From: Candidatus Latescibacterota bacterium
GTDB taxonomy: Bacteria > Latescibacterota > UBA2968 > GCA-2709665
Length of the DNA: 64,000 bases
Direction of reading: 5' to 3'
Assembly: GCA_965205485.1 (NCBI GenBank)
Contig: OZ242180.1
Location: forward strand, 3,872,001 to 3,936,000
Made by a program: the position numbers and the translations under genes. The notes under the pieces are model-generated. The model was given only the letters and a program-made list of their open reading frames with translations, was not told where the DNA came from and did no database searches. Positions 38,737 to 49,106 of this stretch are shown here, one piece after another (position 1 is the first letter of the stretch; each line of letters opens with the position of its first letter).

Positions 38737-41202
38737 ATGAGACGATCATGCGATTCAAGTCCAGGTAAGCCCGCGGAAAACGCTTCCGTATACGGATGGG
38801 ACCCGGTCCGCGCCGTCGCCGTGGGCGTATTCCTGATATCGCTGGCGGTATTCGTCAAGACCGCCGCGCCGACCGTTTCGTTCTGGGACTCGGGAGAGTT
38901 TATCGCTTGCGCGTTTACGTTGGGCATTCCTCACCCGCCGGGCGCGCCGCTCTATCTGCTGATCGGGCGTCTGTTTACGATGTTGCCGATCACGGAAGAC
39001 CCCGCGTTGCCCATGAATCTCATTTCGGCAATAACAAGCGCGCTCGCGGTGCTGTTCGTATACCTGATTACGGTACGTCTGGTCCTGTTGGGCACGTGCG
39101 ACGGCGAGAGAATCGTCATCCGTGTCTCGGGTGCGGTCGGGGGCGCCGTGGCCGCCCTGATGCTTGCGTTCTCGGAGACGTTCTGGTACAATGCCGTGGA
39201 GACCGAGGTGTACGGATTCTCAATCATGCTGATGGCGATGTCCCTCTGGCTGGGACTGCGGTGGATGGAACGCGCCGGGGAACCGAACAGCCACATTGTC
39301 CTCTATTTTATCGCCTATCTCATGGGTCTCGCGGGAGGTGTTCACCTGTTGTGTCTGTTGACCGTTCCCACGTTGCTGATGCTGGTCTGGTTCAGGAAGC
39401 CGGAGTTGATGAAGGACTCCAGGGCCTGGGGGTTCGCGGCGCTCCTGTTCGTCGCCGGATACTCGACGTACGCCTCACTCTACATCCGGTCCGGGTTGAA
39501 CCCGATGATCGACCAGAACAATCCGGAAACCTGGGCCAACTTCATCGGGTTCCTGGGACGGGAACAGTACGGAGCGGAAAGTATGCTGCTGGGCGTATTC
39601 AACCGAAAGGCGCCGTTCTGGGATTTCCAGATCTGGACGATGTACATCAAGTATTTCGTCGCACAGTTTCCCGTGCCCGGTATCGGATTCGTCTCGGATG
39701 CCTTTCGGCGGGCCACGTCGCATGAATTGGAGTTGGTGCGCATTTCAGTTGTACCCTATTTTCTGGGCTTCTGGGGAATCTGGGAACACTGGCGACGGGA
39801 CGCCCGGCGTTTCTGGGCAATTGCCGCGCTTTTCGTGCTTTCGGGCGTCGGGCTTTCGATTTATCTCAATATGGAAGACCCGCAGCCGAGGGAACGTGAC
39901 TACGTCTTCGTGGGCTCCTTCGCGTTGTTCTGCGTGTGGATGGGCATTGCGGCGTCGGCGGTCATTCGCGGGGCGTACAACCTGCGTGGCAGGAGTGCGG
40001 CAATTGCCGCGGCCGGCCTTCTGCTCGTAATGCCGGGGGCGTTGGCCGCGAGCCTCTATCCGACGCATGACCGGACCGGCAACCGGTTCGCGTTCGACTA
40101 TGCGGCGAATATTCTGAATTCCTGCGACCCCGACGGGATTCTGTTTACCAACGCGGATAACGACAGCTTTCCGCTCTGGTACCAGCAGGAGGTGATGGGC
40201 CTCCGAAGGGACGTGCGCGTCGTAAACCTGAGCCTGCTGAATACGCCGTGGTATATCAGGCAATTGCGGGATCTGGAGCCGAAAGTTCCCGTCAGATATA
40301 CAGACAGTTACATCGATCAGGTATTGACGGCGCATACGCCCGCGGCGGTGAGGCAGTCCGGGCGATTCTGGCCTGAGGCCAGGGAGGTGCAGGCGGCCGG
40401 ATTGAAGTGGACCGTCCAGGGAATGCCGGGAAGGGTGCTGCGCGTACAAGATGTCATGGTTTTGAAGATTGTGGATTGGAACGAGTGGGCAAGGCCGGTC
40501 TATTTCGCGTTGACCGTACCGGACGGCAACCGGATGGGACTGGGGGACTACCTGGAGATGGAGGGCATGGTTTTCCGTCTGGTGCGACGGAAGGCGTCGC
40601 CGATTCACGTTCAGAAAGCCAGGAAGCACCTGATGGACCTCTATCGGTTCAGTGGCGTCTCGGACCCGGTGGTGCATCGAAACCGGACGGCTCGAAACCT
40701 GCTGGCCAATTACCCTGCCGTATTCCTGCGCCTCGCGGAAGCCCTCGCCGAAGAAGGAGACCGGGACGGCGCATACGACGTCCTCCGTTTCTGTGAGAAA
40801 CACGCGCTTCCGCCGGAGCATTGGCAGGGCGCCGCACTGATGGCGGCGTTGATGCATCGTCTGGACCGGCCTGAGGAGACCCAGAGACTGCTGAAAATCG
40901 TGCTGGATTCGGACCTGATCGACGAAGAAACGCGTCTGGGAACCGCGGCGGAACTGCAATTGCAGATCGGCCGATACGACGCGGCAATAGAGCTTTATGA
41001 CAGGATGATCGAAAACAACATACAGGTCGAGCGGGCGCTGTTCAATCGGGCGGCGTCACGGGAACGCATCGGAGACCTCGCCGGCGCCGCCGCCGATCTG
41101 GAGGCCCTCCTGCGGTTGACGCCGGGGGAACGCGAGGTCGCGAAGGCATTGGAGACGTTACGGCGGAGGGTCAGGCGTCACGAGGCGACGGATGGTCGAT
41201 AA
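38737..41202 (+). CDS. DUF2723/TMEM260-like GT-C membrane glycosyltransferase with C-terminal TPRs
   Basis: APTVSFWDSGE, GIPHPPG.PLY, AVETEVY, QPRERDY and DND.FPLWY motifs; TPR-like C-terminus. Confidence 0.9.
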   Translation: MRRSCDSSPGKPAENASVYGWDPVRAVAVGVFLISLAVFVKTAAPTVSFWDSGEFIACAFTLGIPHPPGAPLYLLIGRLFTMLPITEDPALPMNLISAITSALAVLFVYLITVRLVLLGTCDGERIVIRVSGAVGGAVAALMLAFSETFWYNAVETEVYGFSIMLMAMSLWLGLRWMERAGEPNSHIVLYFIAYLMGLAGGVHLLCLLTVPTLLMLVWFRKPELMKDSRAWGFAALLFVAGYSTYASLYIRSGLNPMIDQNNPETWANFIGFLGREQYGAESMLLGVFNRKAPFWDFQIWTMYIKYFVAQFPVPGIGFVSDAFRRATSHELELVRISVVPYFLGFWGIWEHWRRDARRFWAIAALFVLSGVGLSIYLNMEDPQPRERDYVFVGSFALFCVWMGIAASAVIRGAYNLRGRSAAIAAAGLLLVMPGALAASLYPTHDRTGNRFAFDYAANILNSCDPDGILFTNADNDSFPLWYQQEVMGLRRDVRVVNLSLLNTPWYIRQLRDLEPKVPVRYTDSYIDQVLTAHTPAAVRQSGRFWPEAREVQAAGLKWTVQGMPGRVLRVQDVMVLKIVDWNEWARPVYFALTVPDGNRMGLGDYLEMEGMVFRLVRRKASPIHVQKARKHLMDLYRFSGVSDPVVHRNRTARNLLANYPAVFLRLAEALAEEGDRDGAYDVLRFCEKHALPPEHWQGAALMAALMHRLDRPEETQRLLKIVLDSDLIDEETRLGTAAELQLQIGRYDAAIELYDRMIENNIQVERALFNRAASRERIGDLAGAAADLEALLRLTPGEREVAKALETLRRRVRRHEATDGR

Positions 41203-42247
41203 ACCCCTGGTGTCCGTGATCGTGCCGCACTTCCTGGGGGATGTTCTCCTGACGTGTCTAGATTACCTTTATGCGAGAACAAGCGGCGCCCCGTTCGAGG
41301 TAATCGTCGCCGACGACAGGCCGTACGACGATGGAAGCCTGCAAAGGGCACAGGCTCGGTTTCCGGGCATACGGGTCGTGTGCGTTGGCGGCGGCAAGGG
41401 GATGGGCGCGGGGTGTAACAGGGGCCTGAATGCGGCACGCGGCGAATTCGCGATGTTGCTGAATAACGACGTCGAAGTCGCCGATGGCTGGCTGGCGCCT
41501 CTTCTGGCTGCAATGGAGGCCGACCCGCAGGTGGGTGTGTGCCAGCCAAAGGTGAGGTCGCTTCGTGATCGCGCGCAATTCGACTACGGAGGCGCCGCCG
41601 GCGGGATGATGGACATGCTGGGGTACACATTCTGTATGGGCCGGCTGTTTGAAACGGTTGAGGAGGATCGAGGACAGTATGATCGTTCGCAGGATATCTT
41701 CTGGGCGGTTGGGGGAGCGATGTTCCTGCGGATGAGGTGCCTGCGAGAAACCGGTCTCATGGATGAAGAGTTTTATATGCACATGGAGGAAATCGACCTG
41801 TGCTGGCGGTTCCATCTCGCGGGATACAGGGCGGTTTCCGTCCCTGAGTCGGTGGTCTATCACTTTGGAGGCTGGTCCCTCGATGCCATGGCTTTCCGGA
41901 AGGCGTATCTGAACCATAGAAACCAACTTGTAATGGTGCTGAAGAACCTGTCCGCCCTCTCTCTGGCGTGGGTGTTCCCGGTTCGGGTCCTGCTGGAACT
42001 CTGCACCGTGCTGCTCGGGATCGTGAAGCGCGACTGGAAACGCCCCGCGGCGGCGCTTTGCGGCCTCTTCTGGGTCATCTTCCATCCCGCGTCGATTCTG
42101 CGTCGGCGCCGGGACGCGCAACGGGTGCGCACCGTGGCCGACCACGAGGTCTTCCGCAATGTCTACCGCGGCGTGATCGTCTTCCGGTATTTCCTGGGAG
42201 GTGTCCGTAAGGCCTCGGATCTTTATGGCGGCAGGGGTACGCGTTAA
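41192..42247 (+). CDS. GT2 family glycosyltransferase
   Basis: VSVIVP, LLNND, F.YGGAAGG and MHMEEIDLCWR motifs. Confidence 0.93.
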   Translation: MVDKPLVSVIVPHFLGDVLLTCLDYLYARTSGAPFEVIVADDRPYDDGSLQRAQARFPGIRVVCVGGGKGMGAGCNRGLNAARGEFAMLLNNDVEVADGWLAPLLAAMEADPQVGVCQPKVRSLRDRAQFDYGGAAGGMMDMLGYTFCMGRLFETVEEDRGQYDRSQDIFWAVGGAMFLRMRCLRETGLMDEEFYMHMEEIDLCWRFHLAGYRAVSVPESVVYHFGGWSLDAMAFRKAYLNHRNQLVMVLKNLSALSLAWVFPVRVLLELCTVLLGIVKRDWKRPAAALCGLFWVIFHPASILRRRRDAQRVRTVADHEVFRNVYRGVIVFRYFLGGVRKASDLYGGRGTR

Positions 42248-42279
42248 CTGGCAATTCAGACGATTCAAGGGGGTCCTGC

Positions 42280-43479
42280 GTGGGTGCGTTTCGCAGGGTG
42301 ATCGGGCTGATGTCGGGTACGTCAGCCGACGGCGTCGATGCGGCCCTCGTCGACGTCGGGATCGAGGCCGCCGGGGTCCGGCTGATTGCGTTCACGGGTT
42401 TGCCGTACCCCCCTGAACTGCGGCGGGAGATCCTGGATGTCTCGGACGCCGGATGCGGTGCGGTGGACAGGATATGCAGGCTGCACGCCGTTCTTGGCGA
42501 GTGGTTTGCCAGAGCCGCATTCAACGTGTGCCGCGAAGCGGGTACGGAAATGTCCACGGTGGATCTCATCGGGTCGCACGGACAGACCGTGCACCACCTG
42601 CCGGCGGCCTACAGCGCGTTCGGAGTGGTCACGCGATCCTCACTGCAGATCGCCGACCCGTGTGTGATCGCGGAACGGACCGGCGTCACTACGGTCGCTG
42701 ACTTCCGCGCGCGGGACCTGGCGGCGGGAGGACAGGGTGCGCCGCTCGTTCCACTGGTGGACTATCTTCTGTTCCGGTCCGGACGCGAGGGGCGCGTGCT
42801 GCTGAATATCGGCGGGATTTCCAACGTTACCGTGCTGCCCGCGGGTTGCGGGCCGGACGATGTCCTGGCGTTCGACACGGGGCCTGGAAACATGCTCCTG
42901 GACGCGCTGGCCGAGGACATTACGGGTGGACGCCTGGCGTACGACGCGGATGGATCAATCGCCGCTTCGGGCGACGTATCGGATTCATTGCTGGGGGAAT
43001 TGATGCGCCATCCGTTTCTGAAAGTGGCGCCGCCCAGGTCGACCGGGAGGGAGACGTTCGGCGCGGCGTTGGTCCGGGACATCCTGTCCTGGCGCGGCCG
43101 CCTGCGGGATGAAGATCTGATCGCCACGGCGACGGCGTTTACCGCGCGAAGCATCGCGGATGCGTTAGAGCGGTTTGTCCTGCCGGTGAGTCCGATCGGC
43201 AGGGTGGCCGTCAGCGGCGGCGGCGTACGAAATCCGGTTCTGATCAAGATGCTGCGCGCCGCGCTCCCGGACATCGACGTCTGTCATTCCGATGCGCTGG
43301 GCGTACCCGGGGATGCCAAGGAGGCGATTGCTTTTGCGGTGCTGGCCAATGCCACGGTGGAGGGCCGGCCCGGCAATCTACCAGCGGCAACGGGTGCGTC
43401 CGGTTCCGTCGTTCTCGGTGTGGTTGCACCCGGTGGAAAATGCGGGATTTCGATTGATTCGGCCGATGGGATTGTGTAA
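42280..43479 (+). CDS. anmK: Anhydro-N-acetylmuramic acid kinase
   Basis: IGLMSGTSADG, GSHGQT, GGQGAPL, FDTGPGN and KEAIAFA motifs. Confidence 0.96.
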   Translation: MGAFRRVIGLMSGTSADGVDAALVDVGIEAAGVRLIAFTGLPYPPELRREILDVSDAGCGAVDRICRLHAVLGEWFARAAFNVCREAGTEMSTVDLIGSHGQTVHHLPAAYSAFGVVTRSSLQIADPCVIAERTGVTTVADFRARDLAAGGQGAPLVPLVDYLLFRSGREGRVLLNIGGISNVTVLPAGCGPDDVLAFDTGPGNMLLDALAEDITGGRLAYDADGSIAASGDVSDSLLGELMRHPFLKVAPPRSTGRETFGAALVRDILSWRGRLRDEDLIATATAFTARSIADALERFVLPVSPIGRVAVSGGGVRNPVLIKMLRAALPDIDVCHSDALGVPGDAKEAIAFAVLANATVEGRPGNLPAATGASGSVVLGVVAPGGKCGISIDSADGIV

Positions 43480-43647
43480 ATTTAACCTTGATTCTTAATT
43501 TTTCGGGGACGTAAAACCGAATATTTGCAAGTAGATAAAGGCGATTGGACTGCGGATAACCAGGATACACCGGGTCACTGGACGTCAACTGAAAAAATGT
43601 CGTTTCGGACGACCTTTACGCCCCGTTTCAGGTCGAGGTCCGATTTT

Positions 43648-44475
43648 ATGGGAATGCAGAATCTGCTAGTGACGGGAACGGCCGCGGCCTACGTCATCAG
43701 CGCGTGCGCTTACGCCGCGAATTTTATACGGATGCGTGCCATTGGGGGTTCCTTCGGGTTCTGGAGCCTGGTCGTGGGCTGGGTGCTGCATAGTGCGTTG
43801 CTCGCGAGAATGGCCATTGCTGCCGGACAGGTTCCCTTGACCAGCCAGGTGCTGCCGTCTCTATGCGCCTGGCTGGTTGTTATTGTCTTTCTTTACCTGG
43901 AATTCGGCACGTGTCGCGGTTCGCTGGGCGCGCTGGTCGTTCCCATCGTTGCGGTGCTGCACATGGTTGCCGCTTCCAACCTGATTGGAGCCGAAGGCAC
44001 GCCAAGAGTGGCGCACACCGGTGGGTGGTTCAAGCTCCACGTGTTCGCTTACATTCTGGCATACGCGGCGTTTGCCATATCCAGTGTCAGCGCAACGATG
44101 TACGTGATGCTGTTGGGCGAGATTCAGAAGAAACATCTCGGCTTTTTCTACGATCGTCTGCCGCCGCTGGATACACTCGACCAGACCAACAACCGCGCCG
44201 CGTCTTTCGGTTTCGTTTTCCTGACGGCAGGTATCGTGGCGAGTTCCGTCTGGGTTCACCAGAAGATGTACAGGCTTTGGATCTGGAACGAACCGGCGTT
44301 CTGGGTGCTGCTGGTGACATGGGTTGTCTATGCGGGGCATCTTGGGGCCCGAAGGATCGCCGGGTGGCAGGGTAAGCGGGCGGCGTTCATGTCAATTCTC
44401 GGATTCGTGCTCGTCGTGTTTACGTTTCCCGTCATGGGCCTGCTGTTTCCCGGAAAACACGTTATCGCACAGTAG
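43648..44475 (+). CDS. CcsA/HemX-like cytochrome c assembly family membrane protein
   Basis: About 8 TM helices, RLPPL.TLD motif, Trp-rich region, GW.G.RAA motif. Directly upstream of the hem genes. Confidence 0.85.
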   Translation: MGMQNLLVTGTAAAYVISACAYAANFIRMRAIGGSFGFWSLVVGWVLHSALLARMAIAAGQVPLTSQVLPSLCAWLVVIVFLYLEFGTCRGSLGALVVPIVAVLHMVAASNLIGAEGTPRVAHTGGWFKLHVFAYILAYAAFAISSVSATMYVMLLGEIQKKHLGFFYDRLPPLDTLDQTNNRAASFGFVFLTAGIVASSVWVHQKMYRLWIWNEPAFWVLLVTWVVYAGHLGARRIAGWQGKRAAFMSILGFVLVVFTFPVMGLLFPGKHVIAQ

Positions 44476-44495
44476 GTCGATTCGCGTGAGTTCAC

Positions 44496-45137
44496 ATGGC
44501 AGGCCAGTGTGTTGAATACCCGATCTTTCTGAATCTGACGAACAGGAAATGTGTCGTCGTCGGCGGCGGAAGCGTTGCCGAGCGGAAAGTGATGGGTCTG
44601 GTCGCCGCGGGAGCGCGCGTGTCGGTGATCGCGCCCGTGGTTTCGGAATCGCTGGAGAGCCTGGCCGCTGACGAACGTATTCAACTGGAGCGCCGCCACT
44701 TTCATCGGTGCGACGTCAAGGGCGCCGTCCTGGTTTTCGCCGCGACGGAAACGAGCCCGGTGAACGACGAGGTCGAGCGTGCGGCGGGAGAAAACGGGGT
44801 TCCGGTCAATCGCGCTGACGTGACGGGCGCGGGAGACTTTACCGTACCTTCCACACTGCGTCGCGGCGGGTTTCAGGTGGCGGTTTCAACCGGTGGGGCC
44901 AGCCCGGCCTATGCTCGTATGGTAAGGCGGCATCTTGAGGATGTCCTGGGACGGGAACACGGCAGTGTGGTGGACTATCTGGGCCGTTTGCGTCCGCGGG
45001 TAATGGCGCGGTTTCCCGATAGTCCCGCGCGGCGAAAAGCCGTATGGGACCTGCTTGTCAACTGGGAGACCGTGGACCTGGTTCGACGGGAACGGTGGGA
45101 TGAACTCGACAGGAAAGTACGGGCATGTCTATCGTAG
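44496..45137 (+). CDS. Precorrin-2 dehydrogenase/sirohydrochlorin ferrochelatase (SirC/Met8-like)
   Basis: YPIFLNL, VVGGGSVAERK and VSTGGASP motifs. Confidence 0.93.
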   Translation: MAGQCVEYPIFLNLTNRKCVVVGGGSVAERKVMGLVAAGARVSVIAPVVSESLESLAADERIQLERRHFHRCDVKGAVLVFAATETSPVNDEVERAAGENGVPVNRADVTGAGDFTVPSTLRRGGFQVAVSTGGASPAYARMVRRHLEDVLGREHGSVVDYLGRLRPRVMARFPDSPARRKAVWDLLVNWETVDLVRRERWDELDRKVRACLS

Positions 45138-46450
45138 TGGTGGGATTGAACCACCGAACGGCTTCGGTGGATGTCCGGGACCGCGTGTCGGTTTCCGAAC
45201 AGAAGCACGGGTCCATCCTTGAACAGTTGTACGCGCTCGGCTCCGTGGTTGAATGCAGCCTCATTTCAACCTGCAATCGTTCCGAAGCCTACGTCATAAC
45301 CGACGATCCCGACACCGCACGCGCGGGCGTCATCGGCGTATTTGGCGAAATCAGCGGGATCGACGCCGGTGAGTTGGGCGAATTCACATTCACCCGCAAC
45401 GATCTGGATGCCGTTCGACACCTTCTGTGCGTTGCGTCGGGGCTCGATTCGATGATCATGGGAGAGCCGCAGATCGCGGGTCAGGTGAAGGACGCGGGCG
45501 CCCGCGCGCTGGAAGCGGGAACGAGCGGCACCGTTCTGAACCGGTTGTTTCGTTCGGCCGTAGAAACCTCGAAACGGGCCAGAACGGAAACCGAAATCGC
45601 CGACGGCGCGGTTTCGGTCAGTTTCGCGGCCGTGGCGCTGGCAAAGAAGATCCTGGGCAAATTGGACGAAAGGACGGCCCTGGTGCTGGGTGCTGGGGAG
45701 ATGAGCGAACTGACCGCCAGGCACCTTGTGGACAGCGGGGTCGGGCGACTGATGGTGTCCAGCCGTACGTTCTCCCGGGCGCGTGATCTTGCGAAGCGGG
45801 TGAACGGAAAGGCGTTGTCGTGGCCGGATGCGATGGAGGGCCTGCACCGGGCCGACATCGTCATCAGTTCAACCAGCGCGACAGTCCCGATTCTCGAGAG
45901 GCAACGCATTGCGCTCGCGATGCAGAAGCGCCGGAATAACGCCATGTTTCTCATCGATATCGCGGTGCCGAGAGACATCGACCCGGAAGCGGGATCTCTC
46001 TACAACGTGTTTTTGTACGATATCGACGATCTGCAGGCGGTCGTGGGGGCGAATATGCAGAAAAGGCGGCGTGAGGCGGAGAAGGCACGGCATATCGTTG
46101 ACGAAGAGGTGAGGGTTTTCTCTTCGTGGCTGAATTCGTTGGACGTGGTACCCGCCATCGTGGCGATGCGCCGGCGATTCCAGGAACTCCTCGAAGAGGA
46201 ACTGGAACGGGCCCGGCTGTCGGATCTTTCCGAGATACAACAGGAGAAGGTGGCAGGACTCCTGAGGCTTTACATGAACAAGCTTCTGCACGCGCCTCAG
46301 GTCAGGTTGCGCGAAGCCGCCGATTCAGGTGAGGCGCTGACTTATGTCGACGCGCTCGTCCGCCTGTTCGATCTGGATGCAGCCCCGATCCGGGCGGCGA
46401 AATCGTCAACACAGGAAGCACCCGCGGAAAGGGTGCGGACCGAATGCTGA
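45125..46450 (+). CDS. hemA: Glutamyl-tRNA reductase
   Basis: GLNHRTA, STCNRSE, GE.QI.GQVK and DIAVPRD motifs. Confidence 0.97.
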   Translation: MSIVVVGLNHRTASVDVRDRVSVSEQKHGSILEQLYALGSVVECSLISTCNRSEAYVITDDPDTARAGVIGVFGEISGIDAGELGEFTFTRNDLDAVRHLLCVASGLDSMIMGEPQIAGQVKDAGARALEAGTSGTVLNRLFRSAVETSKRARTETEIADGAVSVSFAAVALAKKILGKLDERTALVLGAGEMSELTARHLVDSGVGRLMVSSRTFSRARDLAKRVNGKALSWPDAMEGLHRADIVISSTSATVPILERQRIALAMQKRRNNAMFLIDIAVPRDIDPEAGSLYNVFLYDIDDLQAVVGANMQKRRREAEKARHIVDEEVRVFSSWLNSLDVVPAIVAMRRRFQELLEEELERARLSDLSEIQQEKVAGLLRLYMNKLLHAPQVRLREAADSGEALTYVDALVRLFDLDAAPIRAAKSSTQEAPAERVRTEC

Positions 46451-47364
46451 CGCATCTTGTGATCGGCAGCCGCGGCAGCCCCCTCGCCCTCTGGCAGGCG
46501 GGCTGGGCCAGAACGATGCTGCTGAATGCGATTCCCGGCCTTGAAGTTCGCATCGACGTCATCAGAACCAGGGCGGATCGTGAACCGGACGAGCCCGTCG
46601 CCCGGATGGGAGGCAAACGCGTCTTTACCAGGGAAATCGAAGAGGCGCTCCTCGATGGACGAGTCGACCTGGCAGTACATTCCCTGAAAGACATGCCGAC
46701 CCGGCTGCCTGGAGGTTTGCGGCTGGCGGCCACCACCCGCCGCTGGGACGTCCGGGACGCGCTGGTCAGTTGTGCCGGACACAACCTCGAGAATCTGCCC
46801 GATGGCACGGTCGTGGGTACGGGCAGCCTGAGGCGCCAGGCGCAGTTGCGGCACATCAGACCCGACCTGAACGTGGAAGAGATTCGCGGAAACGTGGATA
46901 CCCGGATGCGGAAGCTGGATGCAGGTGAAGTCGAGGCGGTCGTGCTGGCAGCGGCGGGTCTGCGCAGGCTCGGATTGGCTGGTCGCGTGAGCGAGTTCCT
47001 CCCGGCAGAACGATTCCTTCCGGCCCCCGGACAGGGTGCGCTGGGGATCGAGATCAGACAGGACGATGACCGCGTCGCGCAGGCGGTGCGCTGTCTGCAT
47101 GATCGCTGCACTCATTCGGCCGTGAGTGCAGAGCGAGCAATGCTGGATGACCTCGAGGGAGGATGTCAGATGCCGGTTGGCGCCTGGGCGCGGTTGGACG
47201 AGGGGGGTCTCATTGCAGACGGGATGGTGGCCGTCCCCGACGGCGGCAGGGTTGTCCGCGCACGGACGACGGGAGACCCGGATGCATCAACTGACGTCGG
47301 CAGGAGACTTTCAGAGTTGCTGATTGAGCGCGGGGCCAGGGAGATTCTGAGAGACGTCCTGTAG
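46444..47364 (+). CDS. hemC: Hydroxymethylbilane synthase
   Basis: GSRGSPLALWQ, AVHSLKD, RGNVDTR and LEGGC motifs. Confidence 0.97.
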   Translation: MLTHLVIGSRGSPLALWQAGWARTMLLNAIPGLEVRIDVIRTRADREPDEPVARMGGKRVFTREIEEALLDGRVDLAVHSLKDMPTRLPGGLRLAATTRRWDVRDALVSCAGHNLENLPDGTVVGTGSLRRQAQLRHIRPDLNVEEIRGNVDTRMRKLDAGEVEAVVLAAAGLRRLGLAGRVSEFLPAERFLPAPGQGALGIEIRQDDDRVAQAVRCLHDRCTHSAVSAERAMLDDLEGGCQMPVGAWARLDEGGLIADGMVAVPDGGRVVRARTTGDPDASTDVGRRLSELLIERGAREILRDVL

Positions 47365-47427
47365 GCCGCAGGTCAGCGTCAACAGTTCAAGGGAGGACAC
47401 CCGGATCCGTGGCGGTTTGGGACGATT

Positions 47428-48975
47428 ATGGCGAAAGGCGCGGTTTTTCTTGTTGGCGCAGGGCCGGGAGATCCCGAACTGATTACAATAAAGGCCCTTC
47501 GCCGCATCCGGAAAGCTGATGTAATCCTTTACGACAGCCTGGCCAATCCGGCATTGCTGGACGAGGCGCCGCCCCATTGTGAGCGGATCGACGTGGGGAA
47601 ACGTCCCGGCGCCCAGTCGCGGCAGCAGGACCGGATCAACCGCCTGATGGTCGAACGCGCGGAGAAGGGGCTGAGGGTGGTGCGTCTGAAGGGAGGGGAC
47701 CCGTTTCTGTTCGGGCGCGGCGGAGAGGAAATGGCAACGCTGAACGAGGCGGGCATCGTATTTGAAGTGATTCCCGGGATTACCAGCGCGATCGCCGCAC
47801 CCGCATACGCGGGTATACCGGTCACCCAACGGGCGATCGCGCCGCATGTGACGATTATAACGGGTCACCGCGAGTCCCTGGATGCGCTCCCTGAAGTAGA
47901 CTGGCGCGCGCTGGGCCATCTGGGGGGCACGCTGGTCGTGTTGATGGGTGTACGGAATCGCGGGGAGGTCGCCCGGAGATTGATCCGGGCCGGTCGTTCA
48001 GCCGATACGCCTGTGGCGGTCGTGCAGGACGGTACGTTGCCGGGTCAGAAGACAGTCCGGTGTACGCTTGGTACTCTGGCCGACGTGGAGGCAGCCAGCC
48101 CCGCGGCCATTGTGGTGGGTGAAGTGGCCTCGTCCGACTTTCCGTGGTTCGAACGGCTTCCGCTCTTCGGAAGGCGGATCATGATAACGCGAAGCCGGAA
48201 TCAGGCCGGGGATCTGCGCGGCATGTTGACGGGGCTTGGGGCCGAAGTTCTGGTGGCCCCCGCCATCGAGATCGTGGATCCGCATGACTGGTCGCAGGTG
48301 GATGCCGCAATCGGAGAGTTGGACCGGTTCGACTGGCTCGTATTTGCCAGTGGAAACGCCATCGAGCGCTTCTTGAGGCGGGTGCGAACGTTGCGCGGCA
48401 ACATCGACGGGTTGTCGGACGTCAGGGTTGCCGTCGTGGGTCGGAATTCCGCGGATAAGGTTCGAAATGCGGGCCTGAACGTGGATCTGTGCCCGCGCCG
48501 GCACACGGCAGCAGACCTTGCGGAACAGTTCGCCGGAGTCAACGTGTCCGGGCTGCGCGTGCTGATTCCGCGGGCGGAAACGGGGCGAAGGACAATACCG
48601 GATGCTCTACGCGCGCTGGGTGCGCGCGTGCGGGAGGTCATTGTCTACCGGACTGTGAAACCGCCGGGCGTTTCAGGTCAAGTCAAGGAACGCCTTCAGC
48701 GGAAGGAAGTCGACATGGTTGTTTTTTCAAGTCCCTCTGCCGCATTGAATTGCATGGAATTATTCAAGCAATTCGATATGCCTGAGTTTGCACGGACACT
48801 CCCGGCCGCCTGTCTCGGGCCCACATCGGCGGAGGCGGCTCGGAATCTGGGCTTTTCGGTTGTCGCGCAAGCCGCGGACCGGGACGTCGGTATCGCCGGA
48901 CTCGTCGACTCGATTCAGGATTTCTTCGGCGATCCGGAGCGGGGCGGTGGTCCATCCGTTTCGCGGTACCGGTAG
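47428..48975 (+). CDS. cobA: Fused uroporphyrinogen-III C-methyltransferase/uroporphyrinogen-III synthase (CobA-HemD)
   Basis: LVGAGPGDP and RLKGGDPF.FGRGGEE, then PLFGRRI.ITR leading into a HemD domain. Confidence 0.95.
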   Translation: MAKGAVFLVGAGPGDPELITIKALRRIRKADVILYDSLANPALLDEAPPHCERIDVGKRPGAQSRQQDRINRLMVERAEKGLRVVRLKGGDPFLFGRGGEEMATLNEAGIVFEVIPGITSAIAAPAYAGIPVTQRAIAPHVTIITGHRESLDALPEVDWRALGHLGGTLVVLMGVRNRGEVARRLIRAGRSADTPVAVVQDGTLPGQKTVRCTLGTLADVEAASPAAIVVGEVASSDFPWFERLPLFGRRIMITRSRNQAGDLRGMLTGLGAEVLVAPAIEIVDPHDWSQVDAAIGELDRFDWLVFASGNAIERFLRRVRTLRGNIDGLSDVRVAVVGRNSADKVRNAGLNVDLCPRRHTAADLAEQFAGVNVSGLRVLIPRAETGRRTIPDALRALGARVREVIVYRTVKPPGVSGQVKERLQRKEVDMVVFSSPSAALNCMELFKQFDMPEFARTLPAACLGPTSAEAARNLGFSVVAQAADRDVGIAGLVDSIQDFFGDPERGGGPSVSRYR

Positions 48976-49024
48976 ACCGTTTCAGGACATCGGGTCTTTC
49001 TCACGGCATCGCCGCATTTGACTG

Positions 49025-49053
49025 TTGACACGGGGCAGTGTACCACGTAAATT
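49025..49053 (+). promoter_or_regulatory. Sigma70-like promoter
   Basis: TTGACA-17nt-TAAATT, near consensus. Confidence 0.65.
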
Positions 49054-49106
49054 TAACGAGACAGGATTCACAGCGAGGTTTTTCTGAACTCCGAAAGGAG
49101 GCGGTT

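Noticed and set aside
43471..43490. Possible Rex operator upstream of the hem cluster (TTGTGTAAATTTAAC)
   Set aside because: Only the left half resembles TTGTGAA-N4-TTCACAA; the right half does not match.
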